Positions 11,168 through 19,939 of a DNA stretch of 64,000 bases are shown here, in pieces. A model generated the notes under the pieces. The model was not told where the DNA came from and made no database searches. It saw nothing but the letters and a program-made list of their open reading frames with translations. Position numbers and translations under genes: made by a program. This stretch comes from an uncultured Candidatus Binatia bacterium. GTDB lineage: Bacteria > Desulfobacterota > Binatia > Bin18. Each line of letters starts with the position of its first letter. Position 1 is the first letter of the stretch. The stretch covers positions 192,001-256,000 of the forward strand of contig OZ243961.1 in the NCBI GenBank assembly GCA_965214605.1. The letters are read 5' to 3'.

Positions 11168-11987
11168 CGCTATCTCCGTTGCCGACGGCCCGGCGAAGAC
11201 CTCGCGATACGAGCGTGAGCGCTTCCTGAATGTGCGGTGTCCGGGCGAGCACGGCGTTTTCCTCGCGGGACAGACCATTGCGGAGGTCGTCCGGGGAATA
11301 GGGACGAAAGCGCTCTCGACCGACCCAGTCACCGCGTGAACCTGCCCAGCGCTCGGCAAAGCCCATCGTCTCCGCAATGTCTCGGGAACACCCTCCGAAC
11401 CCGCCGAGCACGAAGACCGGCTGCCCGGCTTGCAGAGACAGGTATGTTTCCTCCGCGATACCGGGCATTGTCCCCTTGTAGTCGGCGACCCTTCCGCCGA
11501 GCACGATCCGCGCCCGAGTATCGCAGCGCATGACGGTTCGCATGGCCGTCAGCCCTTTCGTCCACTCCTCGTCATCAGGCTCATGCGCTGGAAGTTTCAG
11601 CCGCTGTTCCCAGGCCAGACGCTCGCCGTCGTCGGCGAGGAAGACGAGGCGGGCAGCAACCTCGTGTTCGGCGGAGAAGGTGGCGAGATCGTTGGGGGTC
11701 ATCCTTATATGCACCGGCCACGCCAGATAGTCGGTCACGACGATGGTCCCGTCGTGTCGCGGATGGTTCCGATAGCGTCCCACAAGCTCGAACAAGAGCT
11801 CCGTAAATCCGTGTTGTCGCAGGTCTCCGCCGTAGGCCAGACTCCTTCCCGAGGCCAGAACATGCAGCGCAATCTCGGCCATTGCATCGCGCAAATGCCC
11901 GTCGCTCAATCCAAACGCCTGCAAGTCGGGGCTCTCCGAAACCGAGATTCCGATCGCGGTCGCTGTTTTGGTCTGGGATAGGGTCAT
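11148..11987 (-). CDS. Stand-alone SLOG-superfamily protein (LD_cluster2-like)
   Basis: IGISVSESPDL, LAYGGDLR, YLAWP, RIVLGG, MPGIAEE, PVFVLGGFGG; ATGA overlap with the upstream TIR gene. Confidence 0.8.
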   Translation of the reverse strand: MTLSQTKTATAIGISVSESPDLQAFGLSDGHLRDAMAEIALHVLASGRSLAYGGDLRQHGFTELLFELVGRYRNHPRHDGTIVVTDYLAWPVHIRMTPNDLATFSAEHEVAARLVFLADDGERLAWEQRLKLPAHEPDDEEWTKGLTAMRTVMRCDTRARIVLGGRVADYKGTMPGIAEETYLSLQAGQPVFVLGGFGGCSRDIAETMGFAERWAGSRGDWVGRERFRPYSPDDLRNGLSREENAVLARTPHIQEALTLVSRGLRRAVGNGDSGAQGIH

Positions 11988-13159
11988 CGACGTTCCTCCA
12001 GCCATTCCGTCAGGGTCCGCACACGCACATCCGGGGCAATCTCCGATAACAGTCTCTGCTCGTCGGCGCCCATCAAGGGGTCAGGATATACGATCACCGG
12101 AGCCGAGTCCTCGCTGCCAGGGGGCAATGCCGCCAACGTGATCAACTCGGGCGGCCGGGCCGTGAACAGGACGCCCGGAGAATCTGCAAGATGTTGCCCG
12201 ACTCGGCAAAGCCACAACCAGGTGCGGAAGACCTCATCCAGGAGGCAGCCCGCGACCGTTCCGATCCGGTCCGTTCGGCCCGGTTCCATGCGGACGACCG
12301 GCACGTTACCGAGATACGGCATTCCGCGCGGATCGATGTCGCGCACGCAATCGACAACGAGCATCGGCACCAGACGACGCTTTGCCTCAATGACCTCACG
12401 GCGGCACCATTCCCGGGTGGAGTAGGAATCGGTGTGCACCGCCATGACGGCGCCGGCACCGATCTGGTGTCGCAGGACCTCTCCGAATGGCAACCCAGGT
12501 GGGATGTCATGGACGTCAAAGAAGCTTGCGAGCGGGCTGTGTCTGTGGATCCAGTCACGGATGTCGTGGGCCACGGACTCACCGTCCTTGTCATGCTTCG
12601 AGTGACTGATGAAGACCTGGATTTTCTCCAGATAGCGCTCGGGGGACGCCCCCCCATCCGGTCGCTGGAGCTCGTCGAGGCGATGCCGGAGCATGCGGCA
12701 GAATTCATGGGTCAGGTCCGAGGTCAGCCGTCGATGCTGGTCCGTCTCTCGCTCCTCCCACAGATCCCAACGCAACGCTTGCTGATCAAGCCCCAGCTCG
12801 AGCCCTCGACGGTCGATCGTCACCGGAAAGAAGCCCACGGGGACTCCCCTTGTCCGTGCGGCCCGGGCGATATCGCGGACATAGTCGGGCCATTCGGGAT
12901 CGTCGACCAGCATCGCCTCGGCCAGAACGACGACCGCCGTAAACTCCGCGTCTTCCCAGTCGATCGCCAAAGGCGTGGACGCGCCCGGCACGGGGGGATC
13001 ACTACGCTCAAGGACACTCACCCCGTGCTCTTCGCCCACGGTGTTATAGAGATCTCTGCCGTAGTCAGTGCGGAGCCGATCCGCAATCTTCCTGCCATCC
13101 GCATAGGAAGGATGCCACATGACATACACCGCGAAGAGCGGGCGGGTCGATAAATCCAT
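11984..13159 (-). CDS. TIR-domain protein: divergent N-terminal domain, TIR and C-terminal extension
   Basis: VFISHSKHD, FFDVHDIPPG, TDSYSTREWCRREV, PYLGNVP; C-terminal VYPDPLMG..E. Confidence 0.85.
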   Translation of the reverse strand: MDLSTRPLFAVYVMWHPSYADGRKIADRLRTDYGRDLYNTVGEEHGVSVLERSDPPVPGASTPLAIDWEDAEFTAVVVLAEAMLVDDPEWPDYVRDIARAARTRGVPVGFFPVTIDRRGLELGLDQQALRWDLWEERETDQHRRLTSDLTHEFCRMLRHRLDELQRPDGGASPERYLEKIQVFISHSKHDKDGESVAHDIRDWIHRHSPLASFFDVHDIPPGLPFGEVLRHQIGAGAVMAVHTDSYSTREWCRREVIEAKRRLVPMLVVDCVRDIDPRGMPYLGNVPVVRMEPGRTDRIGTVAGCLLDEVFRTWLWLCRVGQHLADSPGVLFTARPPELITLAALPPGSEDSAPVIVYPDPLMGADEQRLLSEIAPDVRVRTLTEWLEERR

Positions 13160-13348
13160 GGTGGTACCGGTCTAATCCCTTCGCAGTTCTTCAGGCAAAC
13201 GATCCGTTCAGCACGGGCCGCACCCATTTTCGAGGTTCATTCGCGCAACCGCGACCGTGGTGGTCTCGTCATCGCACCATAATGCAAACCGCACTGCAGC
13301 CGGAGCTCGCGGTCCACGCTCTTCGGCGCGCGGGCCCGTGCCTGCGCC

Positions 13349-14480
13349 TTACTGCCCAAGGTCCCTCTCGACCCGTTGACCATGCACCGGTCCAGAGGGC
13401 TCGCGGTCCTTCGCCGCCTGCGCATCCCGATCGACGCTCTCGGCGATTGGGCGGTGTCTCCACGATCCGCCTCGCTGTCGCGCGCCAACGCCCCTTCTCT
13501 CTGGACCCCGGCTTCCGCATCCTTGGCGGGCACGCCCTGTACCCCCTCGCCAGTCCCCTCCGGCTACTAAGATACGCTCTCCAGTCACGGCTTTCAACTG
13601 CTCGTGCAGCCTCGCCGCATCGTCAGTTAGCAGCTCGGCCCGGTTCCGCGCCCGGCTGATCTCGACGTAGAAGCTCTTCTGCGTGGTGAGATGAGGGTGG
13701 TTCGCCTCCATCGCGGCGATCACGTTGGCGACGGTGCGCCCCTGGAAGGCCTGCACCGTCGAGGCCCAGGCGTGATTGAGATGGCGCAACTGCGGGTCGC
13801 CTTCGCTCAGGCTGAGCATGCGCGCCCATCGTTGAGCCGGAACGATACACGGCCGTTGTTCACCCCGGTTACCTCTACGGTGTGGCTGTTGACGAGCCCG
13901 AGGCCGGTGTCGTTGCAGGTCCAGCGGACGCGGTCTCCGGCACGGAGCTCGATCCCCTCCACGCAGTAGACCTCACTGCCGCCCTGCCGTCCGCCGATCT
14001 CCCCCGGCTTCCAGCGCACCATGCCTCCTTCGCTGCCTTCCAGCAGGACCTCGCGGGTCTCGTGATCGACCCCGGCCACCTGCCGTCCTTGCCCCGGACC
14101 ATGTTGGCGAGGACCGCGTGGGTGTGGAGCTGGGGGGCGAGGTTGCGGGAGGTATCGTGACGGAAGGTGGCGGCCACCGTGCTCTGGTTGGCGGCGCGGA
14201 CCATGCGGCCGGTCTCCGGTGTAGCCGCATGCGGGTTTCGGCCGCGTTCGTCTCAATCCAGGCGAGCGTGCGCGCGACGGCCCGGTCGTGGGCACCGACC
14301 ACTCGGCTGTCGCCGCCGACCAATGCGATAGGGAGACGGATTTGGGCGCCGAGAAGGTGAGGTCGCGGCCGGGCCGGTGGATGCGGTTGCCGTCCTTGGC
14401 GAGGAGTACGAGCCGGCGCGCCGCTGCCGTCAGGCGCCCTGCAATGGTTGTCGGCCTTGAACACCTCCGGCCCAGCGGGC
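13349..14480 (-). pseudogene. MOBF (TrwC/TraI) relaxase-helicase pseudogene with frameshifts and a large internal deletion
   Basis: HRPGRDLTFSAPKSVS, AHDRAV and FRHDTSRNLAPQLHTHAV, joined directly to the helicase C-terminus (HAWASTVQAFQGRTV, FYVEISRAR). Confidence 0.9.
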
Positions 14481-14655
14481 TGGATCCCGAGCTTCATCGA
14501 ACGCCTTGGTGGATCTCGCCGGCGCATCGGCGAGCCTCGCGTGGTGGCCTTCAGGTCGGGATCCTCGCTGGCGCTCTGGCATCGGCCGCTGCCATCGACC
14601 GCCGGGACCGTCTCTCCCTGTCGGACTGCGGCGCCGTCGCCGCGCGGTTGACGGA

Positions 14656-15255
14656 CTACGGTGTCCGGCCCGGTCCGTTCCCGGCCGCCCGCACCGCCTC
14701 CGCCCTCGGGATGAACCGCTCGGCGGCCCTAGGGCGGCTCACATACTTGAGCCGGATGGGGGCGATCGGGAGCGGCCCAGGAAAGCGGAGCCAGCCGTGG
14801 AGGCTCTCCAGCTGCATGATCTCCGAGGTGAGGGCGCGCGCACAGCTCGCACTTGGGCGTGAACGAGACGCCGTCGCGGATGGTGTTGGCGCCGTAGGAG
14901 AACCCTTCGGCCATCTCCTCGACCTCGCTGCGCCCGAGGCTGTCGGCCGACCACTGCACGGTGTCGCAGTCGGGTGCGGCAAGCACCACGCGGGGCCGCG
15001 GCCCGAGGTGGTCTCGGCGCCGTTGCGCCCGTGGAGGTCGCGGAGCGCCGAGATCACCTGGATGCCGAGCACGAAGCAGTCACCGAACTGGCGCGACTCG
15101 GCGAGCCCCGGCTGGAGCGAGGGGACCTGGTGGAGGGTGGGGAGCTCGTCAAGCACGACCCAGATGCGGCGTGCGTCGTCGTGGTCGAGCGAGAGCATGG
15201 CGTTGACCGCGATCTTGAGCCAGGTAGAGATGAGGCCTCGCAGGCTCGGTACTGG
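14656..15255 (-). pseudogene. Type IV coupling protein (TraD/TrwB) C-terminal pseudogene
   Basis: WVVLDELPTL, ESRQFG.CFVLGIQ, SYGANTIRDGVS and SEIMQL spread over shifted frames; 5' part missing. Confidence 0.85.
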
Positions 15256-15556
15256 AGTGTTAGGTGCCGAGGAAGCCCAACAGAACTAAGGCTCTTTTCG
15301 GAGGAAAACACAGAGAAGTCCGAGCATGGCACCGAGTTGGCCTATCTCCAGAATAAGGGGTTGTCGGCTAGATCTTCTTTGCTCGGTCAGTGCTGCGCCA
15401 ACAGGTGGGCTCCATAAATAAACACGACTCCGGCCAGCGTTGCCAAAGGCAGGAGGCGGGAATGGCTAGCATCATGGGCGGCTGGCAGGAGACTACTCGC
15501 CCCGAGATACAGAAGCACGCCAGCAAACCATCCCAGCAGTAAGGCTAACTGCGGCG
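15256..15556 (+). repeat. 301-bp direct repeat, copy 2
   Basis: Matches 9714-10014; contains the functional ZIP 3' end. Confidence 0.95.
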
Positions 15557-16127
15557 TGGCGAGCGTCACATAGGCTTGGAGCCACACGCCGGAGAGAGGT
15601 GCGAGGGCGGTCAGCCCCAACATTGCGGTGGTCGCCCGGGGCGAGTGCCGGGTGCCCAACATCAGGCTCGCCACGCTGGCACCGTCGGCCAGTTTATGGA
15701 GAGTCACTCCTAATGCGATCGCCCAGCCGATATGGTCGTGAATGTGAAAGCCTTTCCCAATGGCAAATCCGTCAATTAGGCTGTGGACCATAATGCCGAG
15801 GGCTCCCAGCCCTCCGGCATGGGAGACATGGGCATGATGGGCTTCTCGCTCTTCGGGGGGGTCTCGGTCGTGGGTGGCATACTCAAGCACGTAAAAACAC
15901 AAAAATCCGCATACGCAGGCGAGCTGCAGGTGGTGGTACTCAAGGAGACTATCGGTCGAGTTCAAGAGCGCTAAGGCGTCGGGCAAGATCTCCACTAAGG
16001 CCCCGGTCATCAGGGCCCCGGCGCAGAAGGCAAACAGCACGCCTTGATAAGACCGAAAACGGAGGGCCAGCACTCCGCCGACTAGGGTGAGGACGCACGT
16101 AGCGCCTGCAATCCAGAAAGCAGTCAT
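15387..16127 (-). CDS. ZIP family metal transporter
   Basis: Multiple TM segments, His-rich loop, HSLIDG and HKLADG metal-site motifs. Confidence 0.9.
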   Translation of the reverse strand: MTAFWIAGATCVLTLVGGVLALRFRSYQGVLFAFCAGALMTGALVEILPDALALLNSTDSLLEYHHLQLACVCGFLCFYVLEYATHDRDPPEEREAHHAHVSHAGGLGALGIMVHSLIDGFAIGKGFHIHDHIGWAIALGVTLHKLADGASVASLMLGTRHSPRATTAMLGLTALAPLSGVWLQAYVTLATPQLALLLGWFAGVLLYLGASSLLPAAHDASHSRLLPLATLAGVVFIYGAHLLAQH

Positions 16128-16184
16128 ATGAGGAAGCAGACTATACTACTGCGACAGAGTTGTAAGTAGGGTGCTCTGCCCGTG

Positions 16185-16868
16185 TCACGCTGCTGGCTCC
16201 TGCGTACCAAACAGCCCTTCCTTGCCCTCTTTGACTAGCCAGGGCAGTATGCTCAAAGCGGCGGCCGGGTCTGCCCACCACCAACCTAGGAGCGCATTGG
16301 CTCCCAGACCGAGCAGGAGTGTGAATGACAAATACGAACAGGCGAGGGTTTCTTTTGCCTCGGCCCGCAGAGCCTGACTCCCGACGACAGCCGCCGCCCG
16401 AAGTTTTCCAAGGGACACGAGCGGCATAATTGTCAGTGAGAGGCCAGCCAGGACAATACCAATGAGGCTTTCGTGTGGGGCTTCCCGCTGCCACAATATC
16501 CAGCCGGCCTGGCCTAGCACGTACACGGCCAGAGCAAAAAACGAGACGCCTACAAATTGGTGTAACCGACGGTCTGCGCGTGCTATGCGTTCTATGGCAA
16601 CGCCTTGCAGCTCAAGCGCGAGACGCCACAAGAGGACCCCGGCGGCGAGGAGTTCAATCAGGCTGTTGAGGCCAAACTCAATCAGCGCAATACTCGCCGC
16701 TTCGGTACCGGCCCACAGCGCAATCACCGCTTCGACGATGTTATACAGCATCGTCGCAATAACGAGGCCAAGGCCAATCCGTAGCCAGCGCTCGGACGGC
16801 GTGCGGGGGGGAATCCCGACCGCAGCTCCGGGTCCCATTTTTCTCCACCTCCACCAACCATTATCCAC
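16185..16868 (-). CDS. CDF-like cation transporter (short, TM-only type)
   Basis: YNIVEAVIAL, FGLNSLIE, ALRAEAKETLACSYLS, WWADP; start uncertain. Confidence 0.75.
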   Translation of the reverse strand: MDNGWWRWRKMGPGAAVGIPPRTPSERWLRIGLGLVIATMLYNIVEAVIALWAGTEAASIALIEFGLNSLIELLAAGVLLWRLALELQGVAIERIARADRRLHQFVGVSFFALAVYVLGQAGWILWQREAPHESLIGIVLAGLSLTIMPLVSLGKLRAAAVVGSQALRAEAKETLACSYLSFTLLLGLGANALLGWWWADPAAALSILPWLVKEGKEGLFGTQEPAA

Positions 16869-17721
16869 TGGTCCTATACCGCCGAACTATCCACCCGCCC
16901 ACCACTAGCAGGCAGAGACACGCTGCAGCCATCTGTCCAGGAGGATAGTCGTAGTAGTTGGCTAGGACAAAGGCTGACACGTCTGTTACCAGCGAGACGG
17001 CCGGGGCGATCACAAACATTTGCCGACTTTCCCGACAGACATTTTTGGCCGCCAGGGCCGGGAGCACCAGACTGGCAAAGCTGAATACTACGCCGGAGAC
17101 ATGGATGGAAAACCCGACCGCCAGCCCCAGCCAGACCGCAATCAGGCCGTTCCACACCTCTACCCGCAAGCCGACCGCACGTGCCATTGTCGGGTCGATA
17201 ACCAGCAGCAGCGCTTGATAGGAATATCTCCACAGCATTATAGCCGTGCCCAGCAGCATGGCGGTAAAAATCCACACGTCGGTCCGTCTGGCGCCGATGA
17301 TGGTGCTGGATGACAGTCGGTTGATCTCTTCCATACCGATGGGGCTGTGGGCCATCAGCAGGATGGCTAGGCTGACCGACACCAGAAAGACCCAGCCGGT
17401 AAGGGCTTCGTGGGTTTCTTGGCCGCCACCCCGGTTGCCGCTGGCCGTCAGCAGGGCGGCCAATACGGCAAACACGCCGCCCATTGCCGAGTGGAAGAGG
17501 TCGGATCGCCACCAGCTGTGGATATCCTGACTGATTACACCGCCCAGCCATATACCGATAGCAATGCCCAGCATGGAAGCCTGAGAGACCGCCGCGCCAA
17601 TAAAAATCTGATCTCGGGCCACGACGAGGACGCCGATAAGGGACAGCAGCAGGCCGATCAGCCAGCCAGACACATAGGCGTAGTGAAACAACGGCCAGGA
17701 GGCGAGAAAGTTGTCGATCAC
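16861..17721 (-). CDS. Metal ABC transporter permease (ZnuB-like)
   Basis: Hydrophobic, GVLVVARDQIFIGAAVSQ, DPTMARAVG; operonic with the ATPase and binding protein. Confidence 0.85.
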   Translation of the reverse strand: MIDNFLASWPLFHYAYVSGWLIGLLLSLIGVLVVARDQIFIGAAVSQASMLGIAIGIWLGGVISQDIHSWWRSDLFHSAMGGVFAVLAALLTASGNRGGGQETHEALTGWVFLVSVSLAILLMAHSPIGMEEINRLSSSTIIGARRTDVWIFTAMLLGTAIMLWRYSYQALLLVIDPTMARAVGLRVEVWNGLIAVWLGLAVGFSIHVSGVVFSFASLVLPALAAKNVCRESRQMFVIAPAVSLVTDVSAFVLANYYDYPPGQMAAACLCLLVVGGWIVRRYRTSG

Positions 17722-18485
17722 CCCGAACTCCCGGCCGCGGACAGGGGGTTGGTGTCGGCTTGGACCTGAGGCAGCCGCCCTGCTGTTTGACCGTAGAGCT
17801 GTTCAAGCCTGTCAGCGGTAAGCATCTGAGCGCGTGTCCCAGCTGCCAGCGTCCCGCCGGTGATAAACCCGATGTGGGTGGCGTAGCGGGAGGCAATTGT
17901 CAGCTTGTGGGTAACAAACAGAACTGTGTTGCGCTCCTCGGTGTGAAGGGCGGACAGGGTTTGCAGGAAAGCATCCTCCGTAACCAAGTCGAGATGATTG
18001 GTCGGCTCGTCTAGGAGCAGGAGGGTCGGACGACGCACCAGAGCTCGGGCTACCAGGACCCGCTGGCGCTGGCCGCCGGACAGCGACCAGTAGTCCTTGT
18101 CAGCCAGGTGGCCCAGCCCCATTTTGTCCAAGGCCCAGATCAAGCGCCGGCGCCGCTGGGCCCGAGCCACGCGGATGCCCACCAGGCCCAGCAGCGCAAA
18201 CTCACCGACTGTCATGGGCAGGCTGGGGTTGATCTCGCAGTCCTGGGGGACAAAGCCAGTGCACTCCAGGTGGCCCAACCGAGGAGGAAACACCAGCCGT
18301 CCGGCCTGGGGCTGAAGTATGCCCAGCAGGCCGCGTAACAGGGTGGTTTTGCCAGTCCCATTCCGGCCCAGGAAGCACCAGAACTCGCCGGCGTGGACGG
18401 TCAGATTCACGTCGGCGAGAACGACCTTGTGTCCGTAGCCAAGGGACAAGGACTGGGTTTGCAGGACAGTCTCAGGACCTTCCAT
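17718..18485 (-). CDS. Metal ABC transporter ATP-binding protein (ZnuC-like)
   Basis: GRNGTGKTT, LSGGQRQR, LLLDEPT. Confidence 0.9.
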   Translation of the reverse strand: MEGPETVLQTQSLSLGYGHKVVLADVNLTVHAGEFWCFLGRNGTGKTTLLRGLLGILQPQAGRLVFPPRLGHLECTGFVPQDCEINPSLPMTVGEFALLGLVGIRVARAQRRRRLIWALDKMGLGHLADKDYWSLSGGQRQRVLVARALVRRPTLLLLDEPTNHLDLVTEDAFLQTLSALHTEERNTVLFVTHKLTIASRYATHIGFITGGTLAAGTRAQMLTADRLEQLYGQTAGRLPQVQADTNPLSAAGSSG

Positions 18486-18487
18486 GC

Positions 18488-18901
18488 CTAGGGAGCCGGT
18501 GTTTCGGACGCTGAATTGAGACAGGTCCGGCACAGGTGTCGGTTCAGCAGGTGGCTGGTAGCCAGAATGACAGCGCCGACACTCACTAGGGTTATCTCTA
18601 ATCTTCCTTCGGCAAACAGGCGACTAGCGGTAATTGCTGCCACTGCCGCGGCTAAGAGGAAGAAGGGTTGGCCGCCTCTATGGAGACGGAATCCCCAGCA
18701 CAGGTTGCTCAGGGCCAGGATGATGGCAGAGCTCAACAGGACAACTTCTGTCATTTCGTCTGCCAGAAAACTCAGGCTGAGGAATGGTAGGACTGCTACC
18801 AGAAGCGGAGTGAGCAGGCAATGGGTAGCACACACCAGAGATAACCCGGCTCCGAACTGGTCAAGCCATAGGCAAAAAGGGGCAACGCCCCGTTGGCTCA
18901 T
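18488..18901 (-). CDS. MerC-domain membrane protein
   Basis: LDQFG..LSLVCATHCLLTP, four TM segments, C-terminal H..NRHLCRTC. Confidence 0.75.
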   Translation of the reverse strand: MSQRGVAPFCLWLDQFGAGLSLVCATHCLLTPLLVAVLPFLSLSFLADEMTEVVLLSSAIILALSNLCWGFRLHRGGQPFFLLAAAVAAITASRLFAEGRLEITLVSVGAVILATSHLLNRHLCRTCLNSASETPAP

Positions 18902-19929
18902 GTCGCGCCCCCCAAGACCGAGGCGAGCTGTGTGACGTTATAGTCAAGCATGGCCAGATAGGTGTCGATGCCGGGCCGGGAAGCCACCTGGTCAGCCATG
19001 TTGACGATAGTTACGCTGGTATTGCTGGCCACAAACTCAGCGTAGCGGGAATCATAATAGGCCACGGCTAGAATAGCTTTGACCTGGTTCGTCTGTATCA
19101 GCTCAATGACAGTCTGCATGTGGCTGGTTGTTGGCGGAATCCCGGGTAGGGGTTCGAGGTAGGCAAGGATGTTGAGGCCGAACAGATGGGCAAAATAGGG
19201 CCAAGCGTTATGATCGCCAACGATATTTGCCCCTTCATACGGCTGCATCATGCCTAGCCAGCCGGCCAGCAGGGCTTCTTCGCCCTGACTATCAAGGAAC
19301 TGGACGAGCTGGCCGCGTTCGACCAGCAGGGCTAGCTTTTCAAAGTCGTACTTATGAAAGAGCGCTTCACCGACCAACGCGACGCCAAGCCGCTGGCGGA
19401 AGTCCTGGTAGCGCCGGGCAAAGTCCTCGCTGGCGCCTGGACGCAGGGTTGACAGCCGATCGCGGAGTAAGCCGGCAACGCGTAGGCCATTCACAGGATT
19501 CAGCAGATAGTGGGGATTGCCCAGGGGATGAACATCGCCTAGAGACCGATCGACTGTTGTGGTTGGAATCTCAAGCGGGGTAACGACAACCGAGGCGTCG
19601 ATATATCCTGGTCTGCCGGTCTGCAACCGGGCGTTCCGCGAACTGGACAGCAAGGGCGGGGCCCAGCCGGTTTCTAGGTCAAGGCCAATCTGAACGTAGG
19701 CGTCGCACTGGTTCAGGGCTTTAATAAAGCTCGGCTTGGGGACAACAAAATGGGGATCTTCTGTGCCTTTGGCAAACACGGTGACGGCGACCTGTTCGCC
19801 GCCGATCTCACGGACGAGGCTGCCGAGTTCGGGCACGGTCGCGCAGACCTGAAGTGGCTGGGCGTAGGCCAGAGCGGACACACTAAGACTCAGGATAAAA
19901 CTGCAAATGACAGGGCGGATGATGAACAC
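18898..19929 (-). CDS. Metal ABC transporter substrate-binding protein (ZnuA/TroA-like)
   Basis: EDPHFV, GDVHPLGNPHY, EPLPGIPPT..H; GTG start at 19929 after AGGAGG. Confidence 0.9.
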   Translation of the reverse strand: MFIIRPVICSFILSLSVSALAYAQPLQVCATVPELGSLVREIGGEQVAVTVFAKGTEDPHFVVPKPSFIKALNQCDAYVQIGLDLETGWAPPLLSSSRNARLQTGRPGYIDASVVVTPLEIPTTTVDRSLGDVHPLGNPHYLLNPVNGLRVAGLLRDRLSTLRPGASEDFARRYQDFRQRLGVALVGEALFHKYDFEKLALLVERGQLVQFLDSQGEEALLAGWLGMMQPYEGANIVGDHNAWPYFAHLFGLNILAYLEPLPGIPPTTSHMQTVIELIQTNQVKAILAVAYYDSRYAEFVASNTSVTIVNMADQVASRPGIDTYLAMLDYNVTQLASVLGGAT

Positions 19930-19939
19930 AGGAATCCTC

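Larger units (their letters stand above)
10015..15255. mobile_element. Degenerate mobilisable element or plasmid remnant carrying a TIR-SLOG-TIR defence-like operon
   Basis: Bounded by the 301-bp direct repeats; contains relaxase and coupling-protein pseudogenes; the mob part is visibly more GC-rich than the flanks. Confidence 0.8.

Noticed and set aside
12191-13153. Long antisense or alternate-frame ORFs (also 14288-15289, 16874-17896, 46364-47491)
   Set aside because: Shadow ORFs of GC-rich genes with no motifs; the overlapping frame has clear family signatures.
13160-13236. Remnant of a fourth gene upstream of the TIR operon (…DRLPEELRRD*)
   Set aside because: Too short to assign without a homology search.
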